Shown here: piece after piece, positions 50,459 to 61,305 of the stretch
Numbering within the stretch: position 1 is the stretch's first letter
Layout of the letters: every line of letters begins with the position of its first letter
Source: an uncultured Acidobacteriota bacterium
GTDB taxonomy: Bacteria > Acidobacteriota > Blastocatellia > RBC074
DNA: 64,000 nt
Reading direction: 5' to 3'
Assembly (NCBI GenBank): GCA_963794955.1
Contig: CAWCGF010000039.1
Span: 268,262-332,261 of the forward strand
Made by a program: the position numbers and the translations under genes
The notes under the pieces: model-generated
What the model was told of the DNA's origin: nothing
Database searches by the model: none
Seen by the model: the letters and a program-made list of their open reading frames with translations, nothing else

Positions 50459-52684
50459 TTAGGTATAGACGACTACTGCGCCCAGCCACGAGAACCAATA
50501 AATATACCCGTGCTGGAAGTAGCTGATCCGACCAGTTCCCAGGGCTAACTCATCGCTGGTGGGATATCCCAAAGCACTGCGTTCCCAGCCCAAGCTCGCC
50601 CATTTATTACGAATCGCGCCGCGGACTTCGTGCGCGGCGGTGGCCGGTGTCCAGTAGATCGAGCCGCCCTGGAAGTGGTTGTAACGACCAACGCCATCCG
50701 GGGTCGTTGATTCATCGGTCAACGGGAAGCCCAGGAAGCTGCACTCCCAACCCAAGCTCGCCCATTTGTTGCGGATCGCACCGTGAACTTCGTGCGCGCC
50801 AGTCGCGGGCGTCCAATAGATTGAACCGCCAGCGAAGTGATTGAAGCGTCCGCCACCGCAGGCGGTACTGAGTTCATCCGTTTGTGGATTGCCGAGGAAA
50901 CCAGTTTCGGCACCAAGGCTATCCCACTTCGCACGAATCGCGCCGTAGACGATGTACGGAATACCCACCGCGCGCCAGGCTTGCGCGACCGAGTTGTATT
51001 CCGCACTGCCTGCGCCGTACAAATCACTGGCGGCTTGCAGCGTCCAGCGGCGCGCATCAATGAAGCGACTGCTGGGGCTGAGATAGTGCGTTAAGGCACG
51101 GTAGAAGATCGCGGCAGCTTTGCTTCGACCAATGCCCGTGACGGCAAGATGACTGGTCGCGTTCGTCCCGCCCGCGGCCAACAGATAAAACGCATTGTTC
51201 GGAATGCCGCTGTTGGTGTGAACGCCGCCGTTGTCGCCCGTGCCGGTGTAACGGTTCGAGTAATGATCGGGGTCACCGTACAACGGCGGATTTGACATGC
51301 TGCGCAGCGCGTCTCCGCTCGTGCCTGGCGTGTAGCAATCTTCGCCGATCTTATAGTCAGGATTGATGCCGGTGTAGTATTCAATCATCGTGCCGAAGAC
51401 ATCGGAGAACGATTCATTCAGCGCGCCAGATTCTTTTGAGTAAATCAAGCCCGCCGTTTTTTCCGTTAGGCCGTGCGTGATTTCGTGTCCCACTACATCC
51501 ACCGAAACCAACGGACTGAAACTCGTGCCATTGCCATCGCCAAAGGTGATGACGGAACCGTTCCAGAATGCGTTGTTGTAATTCGAGCCGTAATGTACGC
51601 GCCCGACCATTTTGAAGCCTGCGCCATCAATGCCCAGGCGCCCATGTATGTAGCGGAAATAATCCCAGGTCTTTTCCATCCCGAAGAAAACGTCTACGGC
51701 GGCAGACTCATCATTCCCGGTTGTGCCATTGCCCCAGGTATCAATGAACAGTTTTTCAAACAGCGTGCCGCTGCCCGAAGTGCTGCTGTTCATATCGCGC
51801 GCTTCCAGCCCGCCCCGCGCGTTGTCGCGCAGGCGATAGCGATTGAACGGAAACGAAAAAGCGGATTCGGTGTTAATACTCACCCCGCCACTGTACAGGC
51901 TGAAGCCCGTGCCGTGCGGCAAGGCATCGAAATGCCAAACGACGCTGCCGTCCTTCGCATTGATGAAATATTGATGATGCGCGGTCGCATCGGTGCCGTC
52001 TTCGATTTTCAGTTCGACACGATAGACCAGCGTCGCGCCTTTGTCTTCGTCATCTTTGAAAAGATCGTGCGGCAAAACCACTAATTCGGCTTTGGGTTCT
52101 TCGGCAAATTGACCGTTGAAATTCAGCGCAGACTTGGCGGCGGCGAGGGCTTGTGCGGAGGTAACTTCCGCTGCCGTTTCTACATTTACTTCCTCATAGT
52201 CACGACCACTGACAGCACGCATATTTTTGGCATCCAGGTGGGTAATCACCTGCGCGCCAAAAACGCGGATGCCATTGTGAAATTGATTGAGACGCACGTG
52301 CGTCTGGCCTAAATCGTCTTGCTCGGCGCTGACTAAAGCGAAATCGCTACGGACATTGCGTGAGCGCGGAGCAGCTTGTGCCGTCGCCGCTTCGCTGGTG
52401 ACATTGTCTTGTTTGCCAAGAAAATCGAGGCTGCGTTGTAACGCGCTCTCCACCCAGGCGGGACGCTGCTTGCGGGTCGAAGTAGCAGTGGCATTGGCTT
52501 CGGCTTGCGTGCTAGCAGCCTTCGCCGTGTCCTCTTCGCGGTAGCTCTTCAGAATCCGTCCAGGCACGCGGGTTGGCGTGGCATCGTCATCATTGCGAGT
52601 GGTTTGCGCTTGCACGGGTGCGGGTGGCAGCGCAGTGCTAAAGATCATCAGTAAGCTGAGGCACCAAAGAATGAGTTTTTTCAT
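50459..52684 (-). CDS. secreted M4 (thermolysin-like) zinc metallopeptidase with N-terminal propeptide and C-terminal LGFP repeats
   Basis: Signal peptide. [12 protein letters not shown] (HExxH) followed by [12 protein letters not shown] (ExxxD). Four or five C-terminal LGFP-type repeats (SLGWE.SFLGFP.TDE). AAGGAGAT Shine-Dalgarno before the ATG at 52684. Confidence 0.85.
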   Translation of the reverse strand: MKKLILWCLSLLMIFSTALPPAPVQAQTTRNDDDATPTRVPGRILKSYREEDTAKAASTQAEANATATSTRKQRPAWVESALQRSLDFLGKQDNVTSEAATAQAAPRSRNVRSDFALVSAEQDDLGQTHVRLNQFHNGIRVFGAQVITHLDAKNMRAVSGRDYEEVNVETAAEVTSAQALAAAKSALNFNGQFAEEPKAELVVLPHDLFKDDEDKGATLVYRVELKIEDGTDATAHHQYFINAKDGSVVWHFDALPHGTGFSLYSGGVSINTESAFSFPFNRYRLRDNARGGLEARDMNSSTSGSGTLFEKLFIDTWGNGTTGNDESAAVDVFFGMEKTWDYFRYIHGRLGIDGAGFKMVGRVHYGSNYNNAFWNGSVITFGDGNGTSFSPLVSVDVVGHEITHGLTEKTAGLIYSKESGALNESFSDVFGTMIEYYTGINPDYKIGEDCYTPGTSGDALRSMSNPPLYGDPDHYSNRYTGTGDNGGVHTNSGIPNNAFYLLAAGGTNATSHLAVTGIGRSKAAAIFYRALTHYLSPSSRFIDARRWTLQAASDLYGAGSAEYNSVAQAWRAVGIPYIVYGAIRAKWDSLGAETGFLGNPQTDELSTACGGGRFNHFAGGSIYWTPATGAHEVHGAIRNKWASLGWECSFLGFPLTDESTTPDGVGRYNHFQGGSIYWTPATAAHEVRGAIRNKWASLGWERSALGYPTSDELALGTGRISYFQHGYIYWFSWLGAVVVYT

Positions 52685-53006
52685 GGTTCTATCTCCTTGT
52701 GAAGTTGAGTTGGCTGAATATGCCCACGAGTGAAAGCAAGGTGCTTCAGTTGGTGGGCTGGTTAGCTGAGGCAGCAGCGGGAAAACCGGGGAGAAGACCA
52801 TCATGCAATTGATGATTTGCTGCTCTCGTTACTGTAAGCGAGGAGGAAGGAGAAAACCTTGCAGGGAAATGTTATGACTGGAAATAATTCAGAGTTGGTG
52901 TTGCAGGCGTCTGTTAGTTTGCGGCTTCGCCAAAGATAGGCCGAGGTGCTAGGCAAAGCATTTGGCTACGACAACCGCAAACAAACAAGCCTGCGCAACA
53001 GTCTCA

Positions 53007-55133
53007 TCAAACGGCGGTCGCTAAACCGGCGCGGCCTTGACCCTGGGCGTCTTCAGCGATCAGTTTTTCGGCAGCTTCGGCGCACATCGGACGGCTAATA
53101 AAATACCCTTGCCCATATTCACAACCGAGGGCGCGTAGTTGGTTGAGTTGCGCTACCGTTTCAATCCCTTCAGCGACGACAGACATTTTCAGATTATGCG
53201 CGAGCGTTAACATTGTACGCACAATCTCCGAGCTTTCGACCGAAGTATCCATGCGGCTGACAAAGGCGCGATCAATTTTCAGGGTATCTATCGGAAAACG
53301 ATGCAAATGGCTGAAGGACGAATAACCTGTGCCGAAATCATCAATCGCCAATTGACTACCCAGCGCCTTGAGTTCATTCAGCATGGCCGCCGCCGATTCC
53401 GCGTTTTCCATAATCACGCTTTCGGTAATTTCCAGCTTGAGAAAGGGGGCGGGCAACTCGGTTTGGGCTAAAGTCTCGGCAATGACCTCAATCAGATTCG
53501 GCTGCGAAAATTGCTTGCCGGAAAGATTAACATTAATTGTGAGCGGCTGAGTGCGCGGAAATTGCTTTTGCCATTCGCACATTTGCCGACAGGATTCCTG
53601 GAGCACCCAACGTCCAATCGGATTGATAGTGCCATTGTCTTCGGCAATGGGAATAAAATCAGCCGGGCTGATAAACCCGCGCTGCGGGTGGTTCCACCGG
53701 ATGAGCGATTCAAAGCCGGCGAGGCGGCCAGTCGCAAACGCAATTATCGGTTGATAATACAACACGAATTCCTGCCGTTCGATAGCGTGGCGTAAATCCG
53801 TTTCCAGTTGCATGACGCGCAACGCCTGTTCGCGCATTTGCGGGTCGAAAATCTCATAGCGGGCTTTGCCATTCAGCTTGGCACGATACATGGCAGTGTC
53901 GGCATCGCGGATCAAATCCTCGGCACTCTCGCACTGGGTCGAACTCAGGGTAATCCCCATGCTGACGGTCGTAAACACTTCGCGGGCGTCCAATGGGAAC
54001 GGCACCGATAGGGTCTTCTGAATGCGATTGGCCACATATGAAACATCCTCCTCCGCACGCAAGTGATCTATCAGCACCACAAACTCGTCGCCGCCTAAGC
54101 GAGCTACCATATCGGTGGGGCGCAGGGTCGCCTCCAGGCGGCGCGCAATTTCAATCAGCAACTGATCGCCGACATAGTGCCCCAAACTATCATTGATGAT
54201 CTTGAACCGATCCATATCCAGAAACAGCACCGCAAACACATAATTGTCGTCCAGGCGTGCCCGCTCCAACGAACGACGCAGCCGTTCCATAAAGGCTGTG
54301 CGATTCGGTAAGCCCGTCAAATCATCGTGCAACGCGCCATAGCGCAATTGTTCTTCGGCTTGACGGCGTCCTGTAATGTCGGTTTGCGATCCGACCATCC
54401 GATAGGCACAGCCTGCGGCATCGCGCACTGCAATGCCACGACTGAGCATCCAGCAATAGTTCCCATCGTGATGCAGCATGCGATGTTCATGCTGAAAATG
54501 CGGCGCTTGCCCTTCCAGATGTGCGGCCAATTCTCGTTCCAACTTCGCGTAATCTTCCGGGTGTATGCGGCTGAACCATTCTTCCGGGCTATTGCCGATG
54601 TCCGCTTCCGCGTATCCCATCATGGTTTTCCAGCGGGTGGAGTAAAACACTTCAGATTTTTTCAAATCCCAATCCCAAAGGCCATCGTTCGTGCTGTGCG
54701 AGGCTAACGCATAGCGTTCCTCGCTGGCGCGCAGAGCCTCCAAGGTTTGCGCGTCCTTGATGGCATAGCGAATGGAGCGTTCCAACAACGAAGGGACCAT
54801 CTGGGCTTTGACCAGGTAATCGGCGGCTCCGACTTGCATGACTTCCTCATCCAGGGCGCGATCTCCTTCTTCATCCAGAAAGATGAGCGGGACGCTGACG
54901 CCACGCTGCTTGGCCTCGCGTAAGAAGGCCAAGCCAGGTTGCTGCCCCAACGAAGAATCTATCAAACAAACATCGTAAGTTTGTTGCAACAGGGCGGCCA
55001 AGGCTTCCTCCGCAGCGGACATTCGCGTGACCGTAAAGGTGTTCCGGTGCGTTTCTAAGAGCAGTTTCTGCGCCACAAGCTGTCGCTGCTCATCACTCTC
55101 GATCAATAATACTTTCACCGGGCAAACATGCAT
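53007..55133 (-). CDS. response-regulator receiver - PAS - GGDEF - EAL c-di-GMP turnover protein
   Basis: REC domain (VLLIESDE ... CLIDSSL), a PAS region, a GGDEF domain (RLGGDEFVVL) and an EAL domain (EITES ... DDFGTGYSS). Confidence 0.9.
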   Translation of the reverse strand: MHVCPVKVLLIESDEQRQLVAQKLLLETHRNTFTVTRMSAAEEALAALLQQTYDVCLIDSSLGQQPGLAFLREAKQRGVSVPLIFLDEEGDRALDEEVMQVGAADYLVKAQMVPSLLERSIRYAIKDAQTLEALRASEERYALASHSTNDGLWDWDLKKSEVFYSTRWKTMMGYAEADIGNSPEEWFSRIHPEDYAKLERELAAHLEGQAPHFQHEHRMLHHDGNYCWMLSRGIAVRDAAGCAYRMVGSQTDITGRRQAEEQLRYGALHDDLTGLPNRTAFMERLRRSLERARLDDNYVFAVLFLDMDRFKIINDSLGHYVGDQLLIEIARRLEATLRPTDMVARLGGDEFVVLIDHLRAEEDVSYVANRIQKTLSVPFPLDAREVFTTVSMGITLSSTQCESAEDLIRDADTAMYRAKLNGKARYEIFDPQMREQALRVMQLETDLRHAIERQEFVLYYQPIIAFATGRLAGFESLIRWNHPQRGFISPADFIPIAEDNGTINPIGRWVLQESCRQMCEWQKQFPRTQPLTINVNLSGKQFSQPNLIEVIAETLAQTELPAPFLKLEITESVIMENAESAAAMLNELKALGSQLAIDDFGTGYSSFSHLHRFPIDTLKIDRAFVSRMDTSVESSEIVRTMLTLAHNLKMSVVAEGIETVAQLNQLRALGCEYGQGYFISRPMCAEAAEKLIAEDAQGQGRAGLATAV

Positions 55134-55402
55134 AAAAACTCTGATTGTCGGCGGTTGTCTTGGCATGAAAGCCGGTCAACAGAAGCGTTTGTGTACTCCC
55201 TCAGGCAGAGATTGGTGACACAACAGTAAAACCGGCGCAATTGGGTTAAATGGAGTCGGAGCAGCAATTGTAGGGTGTCGGCGTAACAGTAGTGAGGCTG
55301 TTCGCCAGCATAGCGAGGCGCTAAGTAAAGTTCAAGACAAATTTATTGGCGTAACGGGATTTCGCCAACTAGCGGCGCGGGTCAGGCAGGTTGCGCTGGT
55401 GC

Positions 55403-55567
55403 TTACCAGGCGGCGTTTGCGACCACAAGCATGAAACCCAAAACCCCTGCGCCTAACACCAGGCGGGCCACGAAAGCCGGGGGATTGGGGAGAAATTGAT
55501 AACTGAACCGCCAGTCGTTTTCGGGCGCAGTAGGCAAAGTAACCGGTTGTGAAGTGATAGCTTGCAT
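55403..55567 (-). CDS. possible small C-terminally membrane-anchored protein (55 aa)
   Basis: The only support is an ORF with a hydrophobic C-terminus (LVLGAGVLGFMLVVANAAW). Weak. Confidence 0.2.
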   Translation of the reverse strand: MQAITSQPVTLPTAPENDWRFSYQFLPNPPAFVARLVLGAGVLGFMLVVANAAW

Positions 55568-55732
55568 AAACGAATCAGGCACGGATGCTCCTTCAGATCT
55601 CGTGTGTGGTGGGGTCAGGGTGAAGTGGCCTGCGGTAAGTGTGTCTGAGGCCATCGCGGGGCAATGCGTAAAAGGCGGCTCAGCATAATGGGGAGAACGG
55701 CGAAGAGCAAGCAAAAAATCGTAACTCCAAGG

Positions 55733-56368
55733 TTATCGGCGCAAATAAAAATGCCAGAGCATGCGTGCAGCGACGGCGCGATACGGCTGCCACGCAGCGC
55801 CAATCAAATCGAATTCTACTTGTGTCGGGCGCGCGGCCAATTGCTTCAGCCGCTGCAGCGCCACCAGCAACGCCAAATCACCCTTCGGCCAGATGTCAGG
55901 CCGCCCCAGCGCCATCAGCAAATAAATATCCGCCGTCCAATCACCAATGCCTTTGAGCTGTTTAAGCATCGCGCGGACTTCGTCATCGGGTAATTCCGGC
56001 AAGACCTCCAAATCAAGTTGTCGGTCAAGAATTGCCTGTGCCAGCAATCGCCCATAGAGCGTCTTTTGACGACTAAACCCAATTGCTTTCAATTCAGTAT
56101 CACTGAGTTTCAGCAATCGTTCCGGCGTAACCGGGGCAAGGCTTGCGTGCAAACGATCAAAAGCAGCTTTGGCGGAAGCCAACGAAACCTGTTGTTCGAG
56201 GATGATATGAATCAGCGTGGGAAAACTCGGCTCCCGCGCCCATAGCGGTGGCGTGCCGTACGTTTGCAAGAGGCGCGCTAAATCAGGATCGCTTGCCGCC
56301 AGCTTCTGAGCCGCAACGGCAAGCGATTTTTCGTCGAGCGAGTTGGGAAGCTTATTGTGTTTTGGCAT
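55733..56368 (-). CDS. DNA-3-methyladenine glycosylase II (AlkA-like, HhH-GPD superfamily)
   Basis: HhH-GPD motifs (LKGIGDWTADIYLLMALGRPDIWPKGDLAL). Start trimmed to MPKHNKL. Confidence 0.7.
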   Translation of the reverse strand: MPKHNKLPNSLDEKSLAVAAQKLAASDPDLARLLQTYGTPPLWAREPSFPTLIHIILEQQVSLASAKAAFDRLHASLAPVTPERLLKLSDTELKAIGFSRQKTLYGRLLAQAILDRQLDLEVLPELPDDEVRAMLKQLKGIGDWTADIYLLMALGRPDIWPKGDLALLVALQRLKQLAARPTQVEFDLIGAAWQPYRAVAARMLWHFYLRR

Positions 56369-56478
56369 CACTCGGCATTTTGACCAGAACCGTCTTGCCG
56401 TCAAGGGTCAGCAACAAATCACTACCCAAAGCCAGTATTCCCTGCCGCCCTTCTTTCACAAGTCGCGTGACGAACTCA

Positions 56479-58638
56479 TCAAACAGGGCCGTGCCGAAAT
56501 TCGATTTCCTGATCGGCGCGCAGGTCTTTTTCACGATCAAGTAAGGGCGCTTCGACCCAACGATTGCCGCGCCGGAAGAACGTGCGGTCAGCGATTTGCT
56601 GCACGTTGCGGATTTCTATGCGTTGCATATTTTGATCGTAAAACGCATTCGAGCGGTTCATCGTGGCCTGTGCTTTCTGCGCGTTCACATTCATTTCCTG
56701 CGAGACACCACCGACACCGCTGCGAATCCCCGCCGCCTTATCCTTCACCTGTGCTTCAGCTTGCCGCTGGTAATATTCACGACGTGGAGCTCCGCCCGGA
56801 ACGCCTTGCATCGCCAGATCGCCCTCGGTCGCCAGGAACGCGGTGTATTCCGTCAGAATTCCGAACTTGGTCGAGAGACGCACAATCTCATCCACCAACT
56901 CTTTGACGCGCGCATCGTCTTTGGCAAACTGATTGCGATCCGCGCCCATTTGCCGAATCTGGTCAATCAGATAGGCAATCTTGCGGCTTGCCCACAGACG
57001 CGGCACGTATGAATTGCGCATCGTCGCGGCATTCGTATCAAACTTGAATTCAAAGCTGCGTTGCGCGCCGAGGTAATTGCCAGCAATCTTAAAGCGCAAC
57101 GGCGCATCGCCCTGATATTGCCCCAGCAACACGATCTGATCGCCTTCAAATAAATCGTTGAGCGTGACCGGCATCAAGTCTTTGATAGCGCGCGTCGTGG
57201 CTTGGCCGCGCCCATCCAGCATCGTCAATTCAGGAGCAGAAAACACGGGGCCGGACAAACGCCGGAAGAGTTGTGAGACCTTGGCTTCAACATCTTCTTT
57301 CGGCAAAACGAACGTGCTGGCCGCGCGCGATTCACTGGCAATCGCATTCAACAGCGGCGCGTTCACATCGTAGCCCACGCCGAACGTAAAGATGCGGCGA
57401 TTATATTTATTGCCTTGCTTGACGGCTTCCCGAATCGCGGCTTCGCGCCGTTCCCCAACTGTGGGCAAGCCATCCGTTAGGAACAACACCAGCGGCAACG
57501 TCTTGGCCGTAGGTTCAGGCCGCACCGCTTCGAGCAGCGCATCGTGAATGTTCGTCCCGCCCGCCGAACTGATGCGGCGAATGTAGGCACGAGCGGCTTC
57601 CAGGCTATCGGCATTTTTCACAATCGCCTGTTCCGAAAACGAGGCAATCGAATCGGAATAATCAATAATATTGAACCACTCGCCGTCTTCGAGTCCGTTG
57701 ACGACGTGCAACGCGGCGGCGCGCGCCTGCTCAATTTTCTCACCTTGCATACTGCCCGAACGATCAATCACGAGGATGACTTCGCGCTTGATGCTCACCG
57801 CTTTTTCCGGTCTTCCGGCAGGCACCGCGCCCAGCAACATAAAGTAGCCGCCGCCCACTGAAGCATCAGGATACGCCAATAGCGATGCGGTCACGCCGCC
57901 CTTTTCGAGCAGATATGACAGGCGAAACGGCCCCGGCTCCAGCTTCGTGTTGTCGCCTAAACTGACGCGAAAATGTTCTTTGCTGACGCGATTAGAACTG
58001 ATGAGATGCGTGGGCGAATAGACTGTTGCGATAGTCTGTTTGGCGTTGAGGTCAATCGTAATTTGCCAGGGGATATTTTGTGAGGCAAAGGATTCGCTGC
58101 GCGGCAACACGTAATCAATCCGTTCGCCATCCGCAGGCAGTAAGTTTTCGTAGACGAGCGTGACTTTTTGTATGCTGTGCGCAGGCACGGGAAAAACGCT
58201 GGAACGAACCAAATTGTAACCCGCAAATTCCAGCAACGCCGGATCGCGCAACTTGTTCACGATGGAACGATAGATCGCTTCGGCTTCCGCTTTGGGCAAA
58301 ATCTTCGCGTTCGGTTCCTTACTGACACCATCAAAGCCAAAGCTGCGAATGACTGAACCGTCTGGCACTGGCACAAGCATTTGCGCTTCCTGCGGACGCA
58401 GAGCATTGTTGCGTAACGAAATTTCCATCGTCGTCGTGGCAACTTGTTGCTGAATGCTGACATTCACGGCAACAGCGCTGATTTGCACTGGCTGCGGAAG
58501 CGGGCGCGGACACGGATAACAAATCACGCGCGATTGCGGGATGATGATGTTGACGGAATTAGACGAAATGTCCTGGGCGGGAGTGGAAATAAACAGAAAC
58601 AGGAGTGAGAAAACTAAGCTGATGGTTCGTAGGTTCAT
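56479..58638 (-). CDS. secreted VIT-domain plus von Willebrand factor A (vWA) domain protein
   Basis: Signal peptide. N-terminal VIT-like region. vWA MIDAS motif VILVIDRSGSM ... TDG. Confidence 0.8.
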   Translation of the reverse strand: MNLRTISLVFSLLFLFISTPAQDISSNSVNIIIPQSRVICYPCPRPLPQPVQISAVAVNVSIQQQVATTTMEISLRNNALRPQEAQMLVPVPDGSVIRSFGFDGVSKEPNAKILPKAEAEAIYRSIVNKLRDPALLEFAGYNLVRSSVFPVPAHSIQKVTLVYENLLPADGERIDYVLPRSESFASQNIPWQITIDLNAKQTIATVYSPTHLISSNRVSKEHFRVSLGDNTKLEPGPFRLSYLLEKGGVTASLLAYPDASVGGGYFMLLGAVPAGRPEKAVSIKREVILVIDRSGSMQGEKIEQARAAALHVVNGLEDGEWFNIIDYSDSIASFSEQAIVKNADSLEAARAYIRRISSAGGTNIHDALLEAVRPEPTAKTLPLVLFLTDGLPTVGERREAAIREAVKQGNKYNRRIFTFGVGYDVNAPLLNAIASESRAASTFVLPKEDVEAKVSQLFRRLSGPVFSAPELTMLDGRGQATTRAIKDLMPVTLNDLFEGDQIVLLGQYQGDAPLRFKIAGNYLGAQRSFEFKFDTNAATMRNSYVPRLWASRKIAYLIDQIRQMGADRNQFAKDDARVKELVDEIVRLSTKFGILTEYTAFLATEGDLAMQGVPGGAPRREYYQRQAEAQVKDKAAGIRSGVGGVSQEMNVNAQKAQATMNRSNAFYDQNMQRIEIRNVQQIADRTFFRRGNRWVEAPLLDREKDLRADQEIEFRHGPV

Positions 58639-58757
58639 AAATCCTTCCTTTGTGTAAAGCTGCTGGCAAATAAGCGGTCAAGGAGTTGAACGCTGGCGGA
58701 AGGAGTTTCTTGCAAAATTATTATTACTGTCGAGAATTTGTGCGTTTCGCCTCTTAT

Positions 58758-58949
58758 CAATTGCCACTAAATTCAGTTAGTGGTTAGGGGCTAGAAGAAG
58801 AACCAGGCTTTAGCCGAAGAGCAAAAAAATAAAGCCGCTCTTACGGCTTCAGCTAAAGCTATGCGGAAGAAAGCTTCTTTGATAAATTTGGCTAAAGCCT
58901 GCCAATTGAATGTTGAGCATCCCACGAGTTAAAACTCGCGGCAATTGAT
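58758..58949. mobile_element. MITE-like element, copy B (~190 bp; terminal inverted repeats caattgccactaaattcagttagtgg / ccacgagttaaaactcgcggcaattg)
   Basis: Colinear with copy A at 31066..31245 (blocks listed there). Intergenic between the cyclase and VIT-vWA genes. No ORF. Confidence 0.55.
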
Positions 58950-58965
58950 AAAAAGTACGGCGGCG

Positions 58966-59631
58966 CTATTTTCGAAAAACTGTTGCGTAGGCCCGCACCG
59001 GAAATGTCCCAAAGCCTTTGACCTTCACCGGCACCGCAGAAAACTGAAAGCCTGCATCCGGCAATTGCTCCAAGCCGCACATGTGCTCCACGATGGGGAT
59101 TTCCGCGCCGAGCAAAATCGTATGCGCAGGCCGCGTCAAATCCGCCGTGTCATCAATGTTGTACGAATCAATGCCCACCAGCGCCACGCCTTCATCAGCC
59201 AGATATTGCGCGGCCTCCGCGGTCAGAAACGCATGCCGTCCCGACCAATATTCGTCTGTTTGCCAATGCCGCGACCAGTCAGTACGAAATAGAACGGCGT
59301 GATTTTTGACGATGACTTCGTGAATCGCTTCGATGCCGATGGAGCGCATTCCGACGGCGTGAATCACGAGACCTTCCAAATCTGCTAACGATTCCAGTGG
59401 CAATTCAGACAAGTCCTTGCCATCGGCATAGCGATGAAACGGGCTGTCCACATACGTTCCCGTGTTGGCGACCATTTCGATTTTGCCGATTTGAAATTCC
59501 GTTCCTTCGGCGTAATGCGCACGTGATTGTTCCCGGCCCCAGTAATCGCAGATGATGGGCGCAGGCAAGCCCTTGTAGGTAACAAGACCGTGTTCGACGG
59601 TGTGACTGAGATCAATGAGATGCTTTGTCAT
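58966..59631 (-). CDS. cyclase family protein (kynurenine formamidase / arylformamidase-like)
   Basis: HxGTHxDxPxH-type motif region (YVDSPFHRYADGKDL) and overall cyclase-family length. AGGAG Shine-Dalgarno before the ATG at 59631. Confidence 0.8.
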   Translation of the reverse strand: MTKHLIDLSHTVEHGLVTYKGLPAPIICDYWGREQSRAHYAEGTEFQIGKIEMVANTGTYVDSPFHRYADGKDLSELPLESLADLEGLVIHAVGMRSIGIEAIHEVIVKNHAVLFRTDWSRHWQTDEYWSGRHAFLTAEAAQYLADEGVALVGIDSYNIDDTADLTRPAHTILLGAEIPIVEHMCGLEQLPDAGFQFSAVPVKVKGFGTFPVRAYATVFRK

Positions 59632-59642
59632 AATAACTCCTT

Positions 59643-60587
59643 TCAAGTCATCTCGGCTTCTAAAACATCGTGGCTTTCTTTCGGGGTTTCGCCGAGCAAT
59701 ATCCAAGCGCTAGGCGCGGCGACCAAAACCATTCCAAAGATGGAAACCAGATTGAATGATCTGCCCCACAACAGCAAATCGGCTACCACGCCAAACAGAA
59801 TTTGGGACAGGCTGACGACCGCAACGCGAGTGGCGTGACCTTTGGCAAACGCCATCGTCATACCGATTTGGCCTAACACGCCAGCCGTGCCTAACAGCAA
59901 TAATAAACTGGCTGCCTGCGCGTTTTGCAAAGGAGCATACGTCGCGCTGTTGGCGGTCAGCAACAACAGGATCAGCGTCGAGACGCTGGCGACAGCAGAA
60001 AAATGCACAACCACAGAACGCGGGTTCACGCTTTGCAGGCGGTTCAGTCCAAGCATTGCAATTGAAGTCGTAAATGCGCCGATCAGTGCCATGAAACAGG
60101 CGAATTTGCCATCCTGAAAATGCGGCTGCTGGATTAACGCGATACCGATCACGCTGGTTAATACGGCAACAACAATGCCGCGCGTGGGCTTGTGCTTGAA
60201 GACCAACCACTGCAAGGTCGTCACCCAAATCGGAGCCGTATTCATCAACGTCAGCGTGTCTGACACGGGCAAATTCGCCAGCGCATAGAAATTGCAAAAC
60301 AGGCTGACATTCCCCGCCAGACTCCGCACCCACAAGACACGCGGTTTCCAGAACACGAGCTTGGCCCCTACGGCTTTGGCCAGCAAGAGGGCAAAAACAA
60401 AGGCTACGGTCGCGCGCGCCACGGCGATCAACCGCCAGTCACAATATTCGCCCGCCCAACGGCTGAACGTCGCCATCAACGTAAAGGCGAATGACGCCCA
60501 AAGCATGTGCAAGTACGGAGTTTTGTCGTGCGTATTTGGAGGGGCTTGCGACAAAGAGTTACTCGAATTGTTTTTTGAATTCAACAA
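59643..60587 (-). CDS. DMT superfamily (EamA-like) transporter
   Basis: Ten predicted transmembrane helices arranged as two EamA repeats. Confidence 0.75.
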   Translation of the reverse strand: MLNSKNNSSNSLSQAPPNTHDKTPYLHMLWASFAFTLMATFSRWAGEYCDWRLIAVARATVAFVFALLLAKAVGAKLVFWKPRVLWVRSLAGNVSLFCNFYALANLPVSDTLTLMNTAPIWVTTLQWLVFKHKPTRGIVVAVLTSVIGIALIQQPHFQDGKFACFMALIGAFTTSIAMLGLNRLQSVNPRSVVVHFSAVASVSTLILLLLTANSATYAPLQNAQAASLLLLLGTAGVLGQIGMTMAFAKGHATRVAVVSLSQILFGVVADLLLWGRSFNLVSIFGMVLVAAPSAWILLGETPKESHDVLEAEMT

Positions 60588-61230
60588 ACTGCTGCTGCAA
60601 CAGCGTCAATGCTTGTTTGAGCGAAGCAACCTCGGCTTCCAGTTTGGCGACACGCTCTTCGTCTACACGCGCGGCAGAGGACGAGGGACGTGGCGTGGCA
60701 ACAACGGGCAGTTGGTCAAGGTTGATTTCGCCGGACAGCAAATGGGCATAGCGTGATTCTTTGGTGCCGGGCTGACGCGGCAATTTGAGGACGAGCGGAG
60801 ATTTACGAAACTCTAAATCTGAGAGTGATTGCAAGGCTAGTTCGACATCTTCCAACGAGTCAAAGTTGTGCAGTGATGTAGTCCGGCTGCGCAATTCGCC
60901 CGGCGTTTGTGGCCCGCGTAACATCAAGACACACATCACGGCGGTTTCCCCATAACTCAAATCCATCGCTTCAGGAAAAAGGTGCCCGTACTTTGGCACG
61001 CGCGCATCGGCACCGCTGAAGACATACGCGAGTTTTTTGTCGCGCAGGCTCTGCAACGTTTTTTGCACGATAGATTCATCGTACGAGACGACCGGATCGC
61101 GGCTCGATTTCTGATTGCAGGCGTTCATCAGCGAGTTGAGCGTGAGCGGATAATATTCTGGAGTGGTAATTTTCTTTTCGACCAGTGCGGCTAGCACGCG
61201 CACTTCATATTCATTGAGGATGGTGTCCAC
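60559..61230 (-). CDS. yceH: YceH/DUF480 (UPF0502) family protein
   Basis: LRGPQTPGELRSRT ... REPG.KESRYAHLLSGE aligns closely with E. coli YceH (LRGAQTPGELRSRA ... REPGKRESRYMHLFSGE), and the C-terminal coiled coil is present. Confidence 0.8.
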   Translation of the reverse strand: MDTILNEYEVRVLAALVEKKITTPEYYPLTLNSLMNACNQKSSRDPVVSYDESIVQKTLQSLRDKKLAYVFSGADARVPKYGHLFPEAMDLSYGETAVMCVLMLRGPQTPGELRSRTTSLHNFDSLEDVELALQSLSDLEFRKSPLVLKLPRQPGTKESRYAHLLSGEINLDQLPVVATPRPSSSAARVDEERVAKLEAEVASLKQALTLLQQQFVEFKKQFE

Positions 61231-61246
61231 GAGAAAGCCCTTAGTT

Positions 61247-61305
61247 GTAAGCTGTTAGCCCTTAGCTCTTAGCTACCGAGTGGGCTAAGGGCTAACAGCT
61301 AACGA
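61247..61305. terminator. inverted repeat (agctgttagccc ... gggctaacagct) built from gctaa/ttagc units, downstream of dsbD
   Basis: Inverted repeat read in the sequence. A related gctaacagctaatggctaacggctaatggctagctg block occurs at 13866..13902. Confidence 0.4.
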
